Notes: generated by a model from the letters alone, not told the origin. A stretch of DNA of 61,431 bases, filler included, from Sphacelaria rigidula (GCA_964200075.2; 11 parts of 11 records of this genome joined end to end with filler, not necessarily neighbours in it), one strand, 5' to 3'. Counted from the first letter of the whole stretch, positions 47,701 through 60,554 are shown. Translations and numbers: made by a program.

Positions 47701-50245
47701 CCCGTGCGGAGTTGCTCCAGTAGCCGGCGCTCGCAGGCACTGTCTGTGCTGTCACGAGACTTTCTGCTGCTATTGTTGCAAAAATACCACACCTTGGACA
47801 ATATATGGTCAATAATTGCATTAGACAAGAAGCGTACTGCATAGAGTATAAGCCTATTGATCATATATTGCCCAAGGTGTGAAAAATACCAAACGCCTGT
47901 TGCCTCATCACTGTACGTCGACATACGTACGTTAGTTGCTACAGATTCGGGGAACCTCCATTTTCCACCGATTTGCGCTCAGATTCATGTAAAACCGTTC
48001 TCAGATCGTGACAAACGAATCTGAGCTCCCCCGATTTGGGCGAAATCGGGGTACATACGATGCATTTCCGGATATGAGGCCCCCTGATCTGCGTTCAGAT
48101 CCGTTTTTTCTTTTTTCGACTGCCATACAAAGTGGTGTAAGAAGCCCAAGATCGAAATATTGAAAATTCGAGTTCTTGAGGGGGGGACCCAGCCTGCTGT
48201 CCCCTAGTATATTGCCGAGGCGTTGGCGGATGCGGTCAGCTCCAGTGTACACAGATTCTTGGCGTGGAGACCGATGAAATGACGAACACACCGCCCTCCC
48301 CAAGTTCATCACCTACCATGATTGCATTCACGGGATCATGTTCCGTGTCGTGTGCCTCGAGTACCCACCAGTAGTCCGGACAAGTTCGGCGAGGCGTGAA
48401 AATATTGTTGCTACTTCGGCTACAGGCTGTTGCTCAAGTGCGCTCGTGTACACAGACTGTGTGAACGTGGCCGGCATCTGAGGTCATCGGGACAGAGCGG
48501 GCGGGGAGTAGAAGCAAATACACGAATCCCGCGAAGCCCACCAGATTTTCCGGTTTCGGTCAGTGCTTTTTTATACATTTCTTGCAAAAACATTCTATGA
48601 GGAAAAAATCATGACAATTTCAAAAAAATGCCCTCCGCGTCCGAAACTCTTCCCCCCGTAGCCCCCTGTGTGCACCCGGCTGCACCATCGACATGCATGT
48701 GCACCCTAGGATAATAGCAATGGCACTTGCGTCTGGTGAGTGCCGCATGACTACCCCGACCGTGGTGGCTTGAGTCACACTTTCAAATTTTCGATCTGAG
48801 TCAGCACAACCAACGCAGAGTACAGTAGCACTGTTCAACAGGAGCATGATGTTGTACTCTCTCCTTCTCATCACTCACTGCTCGTCGCGTGGCCGACTTA
48901 TTAATTCCGTCTCCGTGTCTCCCCACTGCCAACTCTAAAATGAAAAAGTGTTCTGTGGATATTTCAATTCTCAGAATTCTATGCTCGCTGATGTCCTTGC
49001 CATGCACGACAGTAGTGGTGCACGCCGACAAATTCTGAAGGAAACAGAGCTGCCGCTTTGTGCGTTGTACCCAGCGGCACAGAGAACCCGAGATAGAGAG
49101 CGTGGTGTGCACCGGAGAAGTAGCATCATGACGATTGTATCGTGCTGTTCTGTTTGCTGGCTGTGTTGAGTCTATCGATACCGCCATGTTCGCCGCGCTG
49201 TGTCTTACGCAAAATGAGTGATGACCTACACGCAGAACGGTACACACGTGACGATGCAGGTAGACGGGAGTCCAACTGAGACACACAGGGTAGTACAATG
49301 CCGTAAAGTACAGTGAAACGTCTTATTATCTTCCCCCCTCCTCCGCTGCTTTCATTCCTTTTGTCTTTGAGTATCATCAAAGGATCAGATTCCATCACAT
49401 CTCCGGAGATCATGACCCCTTTCTGCCGCCACTTCTGAAATGTATCACTGTATCAATGTATCCCTTTGACCGCCAGGGGGTCACTTGAGTCTTGTATTGA
49501 TGTTTTGAGTGAAAGTTATGACGGAACAGAGCACTCACCCGGGGGTGACACGTGCTCCATGCTCTTCCAAGCGGAGGATGAGTGCTGTAGACACGGCGCG
49601 GCGAACATGATGGTATCGATAGACTCAACACGACCAAGGAACGGAAAAGTATGATACAACCACGATGTCTGTTCCGGTACAGACCACACTCTCTGCCTTG
49701 GATTCTCTGTGTTGCTGTAGCACAAAGCGATAGCTGTTTTCCCTTCATAATTTGTCGGCGTGCACTACGAGCTGGATCACCGGCTGGGTCGGCCTAGACG
49801 CGAATTTGTGGTTTGCAGATCGTCTCACCTCAATTTTGCGAGTTGGACTTTGAAATTCGGTACGGAGGAAGAATAGGGTAAGCTCAAAAGCTGTCGATCG
49901 GGACGTGCCGTTTCTTTTTGTGTGAGATAGGCCGGATGTTATGGCGCACAGATTTTTGGCCCACGGATTCTTCACTTTTGGGACGTTTGACCCACCTTTT
50001 GACCTCCGAACAGGGAAAACCGCCAACGCACGTCTCGGACACTTCGCATCACCCCACAGAGAGAAGCCTAGTCTGCTCTTCATATTCGCTTGGCTCCGAG
50101 GTTTCGAGAGCGGCAAACTGGCGGGGGTCGGCGAGCACAGATTTTCGCGCACGAATTTTTGTTCAGCGGCCGCTCTTAAAACCTCGGAGCCAAGCGAATC
50201 TGAAAATCAGACGAGGCTCCTCTCTGTGCGGTGATGCAAGGTGTC
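44753..50245. mobile_element. Probable large non-autonomous TIR/foldback element with nested inverted repeats
   Basis: 44754-44803 is an inverted copy of 49929-49978. Internal inverted pairs: ~45356-45435/45527-45610, ~49040-49206/49587-49745 and ~50037-50105/50178-50245. No recognisable transposase. Confidence 0.5.
46990..47055 (-). mobile_element. Retroposon 3' end, (CAAT)n-tail family (diverged)
   Basis: Reverse complement tgaccacgggctggactg..aatgtgagat followed by (aatc)n. Confidence 0.5.
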
Positions 50246-50345
50246 NNNNNNNNNNNNNNNNNNNNNNNNNNNNNNNNNNNNNNNNNNNNTTAATTAATTA
50301 ANNNNNNNNNNNNNNNNNNNNNNNNNNNNNNNNNNNNNNNNNNNN

Positions 50346-50405
50346 ACACTTATGAGCCTCGTTTTTCGCGCAACGAAATACCCCCCCCCAATCGTAGGAT
50401 GACTC
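50346..50405 (+). mobile_element. Right end of MITE type B, adjoining copia gag-like sequence
   Basis: acacttatgagcct..aaatacccccccc.aatcgtaggatgactc matches 59275-59336. Confidence 0.75.
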
Positions 50406-51598
50406 AGACAGTTTTGGAGGTCATGGGGGTAGCGGACGCGGTAGAATGCACACCCAATCACCGCAGCTCATTCAGCAACAACAACAGCAGCAACAACGCC
50501 AGCAACCCCAGCAGCAGCAGCAGCAGCAAGCGAGATGTGGAAGACGGTGCGCAAGACGTGGATTTGGTCACAGGTACGGTGGTTGGGGGCGCGGCAGCGG
50601 GAATGCCCACCCAGGCAGCCAGCTACCGCGTTATGACCCACCGCAAGATGCGTATGACTACTCAGGTTATCCTGATGGTTTATACCGCCCCGTAGGCAAC
50701 GAACCCACAATTCACCACGCAGACCCCCGTAAACGATGCATCACATGCGATGAACTAGATCACATGCATACTTTTTGCCCATGGCGTAGAGTAGTGGGGC
50801 CGCAAGTCGATTCGGGGATACGTCATGTGAATCCTACCCAGAATCAATCTCGTCACGGAGGACACCAGCCCCCCTGGACCCATTTCTACGGATCGGTCAA
50901 CACCGCGCAACTTTACGGTGACCAAGGGGGATAAGAAGAGAGTAGTCACGTCAAACAACAGTGGAACGGGACGGAAGGAGACGGGTGGGTGTTGGAAGAT
51001 AGCAGCGACTTCAGCGGTGCAGGTTACGCGCACTGTATCCAGTTTCCGCTCAATCCCCCGCAATTCTCCGCAGCTGCCACCAACAACCAGATCCAGTCAT
51101 CACCGCAGCAAGGTGAACTTCAACTGCAATACCCTCACCAACTACACCAGAAACAACAACCTCATCATGCCCAGCCTGATTCCAATCTGTCTTCCTCCGG
51201 TTCAGCTACATCCTCTGCGTCGTTTCACCTGTGCGTGGGATACACTGTGTCACAAGACGAGTCACGTTTTGAGTTGGGTGATTTTACTTTGGGGGTTGCT
51301 TGCTTAACCAGAGTGGGTCGGGGTTTGATGTGGATGCTGGTACAGAGGAGTGGATAGCTGATAATGGTGCTTCACACCATACCACTGGTTCAATGGTTGG
51401 TATGTTTTATTTTCGCCCCCCCCCCCGGAAAGAAAATGAACACGTGATCGTGGGGAATGGAACAATTCTCCCTGTCAGAGCAGTAGGGAGTTTGAAGCTC
51501 AAATTTCACATGGGAAACTTCCCCGCCCCAAAATCCGTCGGTACGTCCTCAGAATTTTGCATGCAACTGACTGATGTTTACGTTCTTGAAGGTATACA

Positions 51599-51845
51599 GA
51601 CAATTTCTAAGATAGCCCCCCCCCCCACAATGCATGGTTGTGGGAGGCAAAATCTTCACGTAAATCGAAATGGGAAAAGCCGAGCATAACGAGCAGCTGG
51701 GAATTCCCACGCTTGGGTTCGTTCTAGCCAATGTCACCAATATGAGGCGCTTCATACAACCTGAACCCGAACCTCAGGCGCTGTATAGCCATTTTCTCGC
51801 GACACGTTTAGCTGGTTCTGGGGGGGGGCTATCGTAGAAAGTGTC
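51599..51845. mobile_element. 247-bp MITE (type C) inserted into copia pol with a perfect 4-bp TSD (TACA)
   Basis: TACA-GACAATTTCTAAGATAGCCCC..GGGGCTATCGTAGAAAGTGTC-TACA. Removing the element and one TSD copy restores copia VYVLEGIHFNLFSLH. Confidence 0.93.
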
Positions 51846-52038
51846 TACATTTCAACCTCTTTTCTCTGCACCGAGTGCAGAAGAAGCAGGATATACTTTT
51901 GACTGAAACAGAAGTAAACATGCTTGACGGTCGGCTTCGCTTCGATCACCATGAGCTGTCTTTATCACAAAGGGCCATTCGATAACCGTCAACATACCGA
52001 AACCCCCCACTTGCCGTGTCAGCTGTAGATCTTACTTT

Positions 52039-52330
52039 CCCTCCCCCAAGCATTCTATTCCAGTCCGTTCCTCCGGTGAACGTTGTGAATTCAAGTGTTG
52101 GCGTCCAGTCCGCTTCACCCGCAAGCGTTGTTAGTGCCCCTCCCCCAAGCGTTCGATTCCAGTCCGTTCCTCCGGTGAACGTCGTGACTTCAAGTGTTGG
52201 CGTACAGTCCGCTTCACCCGCAAGCGTTGTTACTTCCCCTCCCCCAAGCGTTCGATTCCAGCCCGTTCCACCAGCGAACGTAGTGACTTCAAGTGTTGGC
52301 GTACAGTCCGCTTCCCCTGGAAGCGTTGTA
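52039..52330 (+). repeat. 3 x 99-bp tandem repeat (33 aa, PPPSVRFQSVPPVNVVTSSVGVQSASPASVV) between copia protease and integrase
   Basis: tcccccaagc at 52042, 52141 and 52240. Confidence 0.92.
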
Positions 52331-55300
52331 CCTGCTCAACGGTGTTGGTTCCCTCTGTGCAGTCCAAGGGCTCCGCTGGCCAGACTTGAGTGTGTTCAAG
52401 GATGAAGTTCTGATGGCTGGATTTGACGTGAACCCTCCCCAAGATTTTTTTCTGCGTTTTTCTGAGTGAAGAAATGGGAGTTGTGGCTGAAAACGGGACG
52501 GCCCTTACTGTTCTTGCCCCCAGCTCTCACCCATTTTCAGTTGAAAAACCGAAACAAGAAGTCGACAATTTGTTTTTCACGTTTTCCTTCCCCACATCCA
52601 TGAGACGTTATTGCAAGAAACTGCGAAACAACAGGGCATTACTTTGACGGGGGTAATGGCGCCATGTGCGGGATGTTTGGAAGCGACGGGACAGAGGGCA
52701 GGTATTCCGCGAGCACTGGGCACGAGGGCAAAGCCTTTACTTGGCAGGGTGCATCTCGACCTCACAGGCCCCCACCCTCGTACTCTGGGTGCATCAACTC
52801 ATATGCTGGGCTGCGTCGACAGCAAGTCGCGCTTCATGATGTTTTATGGCCTCGCACGTAAGTCTGACACGCTGGCGAAGGTGAAGCGTTTCATCGCCGA
52901 CGTCAGCGCCATCGGTACCCTCCGGTTGTTTTCGCATGGACAACGGGAGCGAGTTCACCTCCAACGACTTCGGCGCCTCATGCGACGATGCAACGATTCG
53001 TTGTGAGTACACTACCCCCGACACCCCGAAGCACAACGCTGTGGTGGAAAATGCAATTTGGAGGGTCATGAAGCGGGGCCACGCAGCCCGTCTCGAAGCG
53101 CGACGTCTGTTCCCGGAGTGCCGCTTTGACGACATAACTTACCTGGGGGAGAACATGTAGCGTCTGTGGCTGGAGGCCGCGGTGTGGGCAGCGGACGGGT
53201 TTATTCGTTCCGCCACTACGGCGAGCCCGGGGAGGCTGTCGCGGTATGAAGTGTTCATCGGCAAGCGCCCGCCGCTACAGATTGTGCCGTTTCTGCAACC
53301 CGCCATGATGCGGATCAACCGCCGAGGAAAGATGGATGTTCAATCCGTGGCCTGCCATTACCTCAATATTGGAAGTAACCATTCTTCATCGACGGTGAAG
53401 GTCCTGAAGGCTGCTACCGGCGCAGTCTGCTACACCAACAACGTTGTCTGGACGGTACCACGTGTGCCACTACAATCGTTGGCAACGCCGCTTGTCGGGG
53501 GGGAGGAGGCCCATTGCAGTACCGTCGCCGCCGCCGCCGCGCCGTCAGCAGAGCAGCACCACGGGACGCCGCTCGTCGGAGGGGGGAGGACCAGACGCCG
53601 CTCGTCGGGGGGAAGGAGGTTCATGGCAACACCGCCGCCGCTGTCGCCACACCGCTGCTCCCGCCGACATATCACACAGTGGAGTTCGAGCCGCCGCCGC
53701 TGCCGCGTCAACGGACTCCGCCGACTCAGCCGATACTGCCGCTGCCGCCGCGACGGACGTTTCCACCGGTGCAGCACACGCCGCCGCGCCCGTCGACTCC
53801 GCCGATGCATTGATGGCCGCCGACATCCCCGCCGATCTTCTCCCGCTCTTCGGCCCCGATCCCATCCCCGATACCATCAGCATCTTCCTCGACTGCGTCG
53901 CGCGATGCATCATCCGCCTCTGAAGTGATGGACCATTCTTTCTCGCCGCTCCCAATCAACGTGAGGAAGGAGCTGGATCTGGAAAAAGACCCCCGGCAGC
54001 CAGGGCGGACGCGGTCAGGGTCGACGCAATACAAGACAGATAAGGCTGCACTCTTGCACCACAGCTGGGGACTCACGCAGCAGTTGGATAAGCGATCTTT
54101 GCTGTCTGCTCTCCTCACGCGCGGCGTACTTAATGCCGGGCGTCAGGGCAAGGATGGTGAGAAAGGGGGGCGCAGGATGATACCGATGTGACTCGCGACG
54201 AGGCTGGCGACGCGTGAAGATATAGATGCTGCTTTGCGCGAGCAGCGCCCGCCTCACATCCCACCGGAACTCCCACAATGTCCAGCAAAGGACCTCAAGG
54301 TCCTCAACGGATACACGTAGGCGGTGCGCTCGGAGTACGGTGGTTTATGGAGGGACTCGATGGGGCGGGAATGACGGGGAATTCTGGGGGCGGGGACGAT
54401 AGACTCAGCGGGAAAGCAACTCGTTGACAACTATATCCATGCAAAGTGGGTATATAACTGGAAGGCGGACGAGTTTGGATGGCCCACGAAGATGAAGTCA
54501 AGACTAGTAGCAAGAGGAGATATACAGAGGGAGAACATAGATTTTGGAGAGTTGTATGCCCCCACTGTGGCAGTTTCTAGCGTACGTTTGTTGGCGACTC
54601 TGGCTTGTGAACAAAATCTTGCGTTGCGTCATTTTGATATCGAACAGGCTTTTGTACAGTCTGAGTTGGACGAGGACGTTTTCATGCGGTTACCACTTGG
54701 TTGTGGAAGCTTATCTGGTAATATAGTAAGACTCAACAAATTTTTGTACGGATTGAAACAGACAAGTAGGCAGTGGCATAATCACCTGGCGGAGTGTTTA
54801 TTTGTTTTGGGATTTGTTCAATGCTTGGCGGATTCATGCGTGGTTCGGTTGATTGAGGATGACAGGGTGATTATCACCGTCGTAGAACATGTAGATGATA
54901 TATTCGCAGTGGGAGAGAAAGACAGATGTGACGAGTTTGGTGGGGATCTCAACACGATAGTTCCAGTCAAGAACCTCGGGGATTGGCGTTGATATTCTGA
55001 ACTGTACTATGAGAGAAATATTGCAAGGGGTACTCTGAAAATTTCACAACAAACATACGCAGAGGAGTTGGCGAAGGAATACGGAGTAGAGTCGGGAAAG
55101 AGTATCCCCATCGCTGTTGGTGCCAAGCTTAAAGAGTTCAGTGTAGAAGAGCAGGCAACGGGATTTCCGTTTCGGGAGTTGATAGGGTCACTGATGTGGC
55201 TGGCAACCCAAACAAGGCCAGACGTATCTAACGCAGTACGTGCAGCAGCGAGGTACTGTGCCTCACCAAAACACCTTCATTGGCGTACTGCGCTTGGTAT

Positions 55301-56263
55301 TTTGGGGTATGTTAGGCGAACAAGTTCGCTGGGGATTTCTTTTCGCAGAGGAAGTATGCAGGGGCTGAGCTTTCATGTGTTTGCATATGCCGACTACGCA
55401 AGTAAGACAGCTGATAGGCGGTCGGTATCAGGAGGGCTAGTGATGTGTGGAGATGGATGTGTGTCTTGGTTTTCAAGGACGCAGAAGTGTGTGACGCTGT
55501 CCACAACGGAAGCTGAGTACGTTTCCATGACAGATATTCTGATGGAGGTATTGTTTGTGAGACAGGTTTGGCGTTTCATGTTGCCGCAGGTGGGAATGCC
55601 ATGCATCCCGGTGTTTGAGGATAATCAGGGAGCTATTCAGCAGGCAAAGAACCCAATCACGAACTCCAACTCCGAGTACATCGACGTACGGCATCATTTT
55701 ATCAGAGAGTTGGTTGGGAGGAATGAGGTTTCGGTTATTCACGTGAGATCGGAGTATCAACATAACAACAAATTGTGCGAATTGAGGTTTAACTTTGAGA
55801 TGAGGTTCAAGCATAAAACAGTGCTTTCCTCACACTTTNNNNNNNNNNNNNNNNNNNNNNNNNNNNNNNNNNNNNNNNNNNNTTAATTAATTAANNNNNN
55901 NNNNNNNNNNNNNNNNNNNNNNNNNNNNNNNNNNNNNNGACACAATCCCGGGGAGCGGTTGATTCTCATTTCAAAACACGTTCTCATTTTTCTGGCAACC
56001 CTGTTCTTTGCGTTTTCCGTAGGTCACAATTTCGTTTTTTGCCAAACATTCATTTTCAATAGCAAACGGGCAGTTGAGTTATCAAAAACCTAACTTGTTT
56101 TAAAGTGCTTTTTCGACCCTTCTCCGTCGTTTTTGCCCCGAAAAGAACACCCGCCGTATTCACGCCAGCGCTGGCCACAAACAAGAATCTGCCAGCAGTC
56201 TAAAACCAGTGCCACATCAAATTTGTGCAGACCCGCCGGTCCTACCAACACCATTTTCCAATC

Positions 56264-57345
56264 CGCCCGTGCACAACAGAGCCGACACACCATTTTTGAA
56301 CCTACCCACCCGAAACAGAGCAGGCACATAGGGCATGCCACAGAACGCACACCCACAACACAGCTCACACGCACACATGCACTGACGAACCACCACTAGC
56401 TAGCCGCAAAAGCAACAGCAGCAGCAGTACTGTAGTAGTATGAATTGCCGTTGAACTTATCGCACACGCTTCACGCGCCTAGCAGGCGACTGAACCATCA
56501 CGTACTCTTGTATGTTTGGATCAATTGTTGTGTGTTCGGATCAAATGTTTGTAGTGAAGGTATATTCCAGAGACAATACAGGCAACTGAAGTACGCACTC
56601 TTGTGTGTCAAGATCAAATGTTGTGTGCTTGGATCAATTGGTTTCAGTATTTAGTACAGAGAGTGCCGCGTGGCATTGCCCCTAACCGTAGACAGTAAGT
56701 AGTAGTAGACAGTACCGTGCGCTATACAGACAATAGTGCCGTGAGCACAAGTAACCTCTACCATCAGGACGACAGCAGATGGTTTGCTGATGTCGCCATC
56801 GAAAGGGTTTCCGAGACTGCTCGTATTGTTCCCGACCACGAACACACCACCACAATTAACGCGGCGATGGACAGAGAGATAACGGCGAACACACCCGGAA
56901 AATAAAAATGTATCTTCACTACAAACATTTGGTCCAAACACGAAACAATTGATCCAAACACACAAGAGTACGTGATGGTTCGGGTGCTTGCTAGGCACGT
57001 AAAGCGTGTGCAATAAGTTCGACGGCGGTCTCCGCACTACAGTACTGCTGCTGCTGTTGCTTTTGCGGCTGGGTAGTGGTGGTTCGTAAGTGTATGCGTG
57101 CGTGTTAGCTGTGTTGTGGGTATGCGCGCTGTGGCATGCCGCCTGCTCTGTTTTGGGTGGGTAGGTTCAAAAATGGTGTGCCAGCTCTGTTGTGCGCGGG
57201 CGTAAAGCGTGTGCAATAAGTTCAACGGCGGTCCCCGTACTACAGTACTGCTGCTGCTCCTGCTTTGGCGGCTAGCTAGTGGTGGTTCTTCAGTGTATGT
57301 GTGCGTGTGAGCTGTGTTGTGGGTGTGCGCGCTGCGGCATGCCTT
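56264..57345. repeat. Long inverted repeat: ~300-bp arms (56264-56566 / 56907-57202), ~340-bp spacer, plus a partial tandem copy of the right arm (~57200-57345)
   Basis: Opposite-strand ORFs 56133 (+) and 57037 (-) share RAQQSxHTIFEPTHPKQSR..PTTQLTRTH; ORFs 56445 (+) and 56651 (-) share NHHVLLxVWINCxVFGxNVCSE. Confidence 0.9.
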
Positions 57346-59084
57346 ATCTCGAGGACGTGTTTTTCCGCAAACAAGGTTTTCGTGAGATTGAGAGTTGGGT
57401 GCGGATTGAGTTGGCTGTGATCATTCGCTTTAACTCGGCCATTTTTTTACTGTGTGTGCTTTTCGTCGTCTCATCACTGCCGTGTACTTACAGCTACACG
57501 TTGACATCCTACTTAGGGGTATCGAGGGCCTCAGTGGCAAGCTACTACAGAGAGAATATTGGGCCTGGTGGAGGTGCATTCCGAAACTGAAACGGCTTAT
57601 CCACTAATTGACCGCTTTTCACTCTCAATCGTACCTTCAACTCTCAATTCCACAAAACCTTTGTTCGTAGTAGTACAGCAGCAGCAGCAACTGGACACTA
57701 TCAATCTTGCAACAAGAGCGTGTCCAGGTTCTAAAAAACACTGCAGAACTGCTGTGTTATTGTCTTGTGTTCAGAGTAGTACTCCGGACTCCATTTACCA
57801 CTGCAGAATTATGTTGTGTTCAGTGTAGAACCCTGTCCTCCAGATAATGGGGTCACGTTTTGAGCAGGTCTTGGAAAATTCTGTTTGTTATACCACTGCA
57901 GAAATCCAAAACCGAATCTGGAAAAGCCTGAGACAACAACCAATTTTGAAAATTGGAATACTATTTGGTATAGCACCGAGCATGCGGCAGTACTAGATTA
58001 AAAAAAAACTGGATCACCACACCTCCAAGTGCAACAACGATGGACGCGCTGGCATCTCTTCTGCGTGTTTTCGAATAAAGCGCGATGGAACGTCAGGAGC
58101 AATACCGTGACGGGCTGCCACAGGGGAGTACAACGCTCTAGTGCACAAGCGCGCTGGCACGATGTCGGCAACACGGAAAATCGCGCAAGCGCTAGCGTGC
58201 GTGCTGCTCGAAAATAACGATGTAATATAAATCAGTGCATTTAATTTAATTCAATGCAGAGGTTGGTGGAGCCAACACTGCGCACTAACCGCAGCGTGAC
58301 GCCTGCGGCGGTACTACCTGCTCACTGCGCAGCGGTAGGGTGCAGGGCGACAAAGCACACCGCTGGACGTGACATCGCTAGTCCATCCCTGTCCTGCATC
58401 GATTTTCACGTCGTCCCATGCAGTTCGCCACATCATGAATGCAGCCGCTTGTATGGCGGCCAACGTGTACGCAGAATACCACCCCTCGCTACGCGCTACG
58501 GTATACCGCTGCGTCATATTTTGAAGAGCTGTCCGTGTTGCAGCTACAGCGTGTGTTTGCCCCAGGTGGCGCACATAGAAGTGAAATGCTGCCTCCGCCG
58601 CTGTAATGTTTGCCTGTATATCTAGGGCGAAGCTCTATGGTAACACAGCCGCGGCTTGTACGCCCACATATACCGAAAGGGGGAGACCGGCGTCCAGAAT
58701 ACATGGGGCGACAACACCCACAACATAATGACTCTGAGCAGCACACTTTCAACATCGTGTTCGTACTGACTGTAGGAATCTTTTGTGGGTATATTTCCAT
58801 ATATGATGCAGGGTTTGGTACATCTCCACTTATAATGTAACCGATGGTCTGGCCCATTTCTATATGTAAATTCATGTAATGTTACTCGGTGATATCGTGC
58901 AAAAACTACGCAACATCCAGGCGAATTGCACTTACTTGGCGCAATCGCCGAGATTTTCACTGGCAACCTCTGCTCCAGTGCAATGTAGGTTGATATCGCT
59001 ACAAGGACCATACCATAACCACCTTGCTGGCTGCCAGACTGTCAGGACGTAGGATCCGCTAGCACTGCTACTGTCTGTACCGAC

Positions 59085-59336
59085 GAGTCATCCTACGATA
59101 GGGGGGGGGGGGTATTTTGCACCACTTCTTGCACGAAAGTCCAAGGCAAATCGTCGCTGAAATCAGGAACGGTTGCTTGAACGAGCTTGTTACAGATACA
59201 TGACGCTCATTCATACCGATTGACACCGTTTTGAACCAAATACGAGCGCATCGCGAGTGTTGCAGGTCATCTGACACACTTATCAGCCTTTTTCTTTGTG
59301 CGACCAAATACCCCCCCGCCTATCAAAGGATGACTC
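59085..59336 (+). mobile_element. 252-bp MITE type B, full length
   Basis: TIRs GAGTCATCCTACGATAG(G)n / (C)n..CTATCAAAGGATGACTC. Flanks CGAC / GGGG do not form a TSD. Confidence 0.85.
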
Positions 59337-59714
59337 GGGGATGTTGCCCCCTTGTCGGGTACGTTTGGGAGCATGATACTAGATGTAGATCATCCTTGAA
59401 TATGGGCACCAAACGCTGGGGGTTCTCACTCGAGCCTTTGATTTGGAGGATGATACTAGTTGGGCAGCAGCAACTGCTGTGTGTCCAGGTGCCCTTGGAG
59501 CAGGATGCGCTTGGTTTCTGGTTGACGAAGTTATCCCCCAAAATCCGAAATCGATAGGGGTTCTAGAGTGGAAAAATACAGCAAAAAAAAAGGCAAGAAC
59601 CGGATCGAAGAAATCAAGTCGCAAAAACGAAGTCGCAAAAACCAGTTTGTGGAATTTCTACCCGCAGCAGACACCAACTTCACTTTGTCAAATTGGAACT
59701 CAGCGTTTGCGGCA

Positions 59715-60000
59715 TTCGGGTACTCCAGAAGGATCACACTGAGTACTGTGAAGGAGCGAGTACTCCAGATACTCGGGAATACTCACGATTTCGGCAATCG
59801 AGTATTCAAGTTACGACTCTCGAATACTCGGTATTTCCGGGAGTTGAGTACTCCAGATACTCTGAAACTAGCCAGTATTTGCGGCAGTCCCCTAGGAATT
59901 CTGGGAGAAACAAAGTATATCGGCAGTCGATACTACAGGTACGGTCGAACGTGGTGTTTTTGGGATTCGGCCGTCGAATCCGTCAGGTACTCTGGACTGC
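59715..60000. repeat. Dispersed element built from GAGTACTC/GAATACTC subrepeats
   Basis: gagtactccagatactc at ~59758 and ~59847, with many gagtac/gaatac/tactc variants in both orientations. Confidence 0.55.
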
Positions 60001-60554
60001 GGAGTTCCGAAAATGGTCCACACCTTGGACGACATATGGTCAATACTCGCAATAAACCTATACTCTACGCGGTACGTTTTTTCGTCTGTTGCACCTGTTG
60101 ACGATGTATTGTCCAAGGTGTGAGATTTTCTAGAAATCCAAAGTACGCTGTGCATACCACTCTATTCTAAGCACCTGTGCAATGTTGAATCATCAGTTTG
60201 CAACGCATTCCTTCATGAAGGCACACCAAACCACACTACACGTGTGACACATGTGCAAAGAGGGCATCAAGGTGTTTCTACTAAAAGCCTCAATACTGGA
60301 TACAGCATAACCCACACATGATGGGCGGTTATACGCAAACGAGATAGATAAACGCTAGATACAACGATTATCAACAGGCGATCCTGAAAAATGGAAACGA
60401 AATTCTCTTGTGAGAACAAGCTGAGGTCGGCGTTGTATATGATATTGAACCTAGTGCCCGTCTAAGGTTGCCCTGAATCCACGTATGATGGGTACTACAT
60501 TCAATGTCATATACCATTTCGGCCCCAGCTCGTTCCCGTAGAGAAAATCACTGA

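Larger units (their letters stand above)
50406..55765 (+). mobile_element. Ty1/copia LTR retrotransposon internal region (gag-PR-INT-RT-RH), degenerate; LTRs not in the contig
   Basis: Zinc knuckle CITCDELDHMHTFC (~50737); protease WIADNGASHH (~51350); integrase H..CAGC, RVHLDLTGP, DNGSEF, YTTPDTPKHNAVVE (52590-53100); RT KSRLVARG..YAPT, FDIEQAF, LYGLKQ, HVDD (54490-54990); RNase H ADRRSVSG, LSTTEAEY, EDNQGAI, IDVRHHFIRE. Copia domain order, with several stops and frameshifts. Confidence 0.95.
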
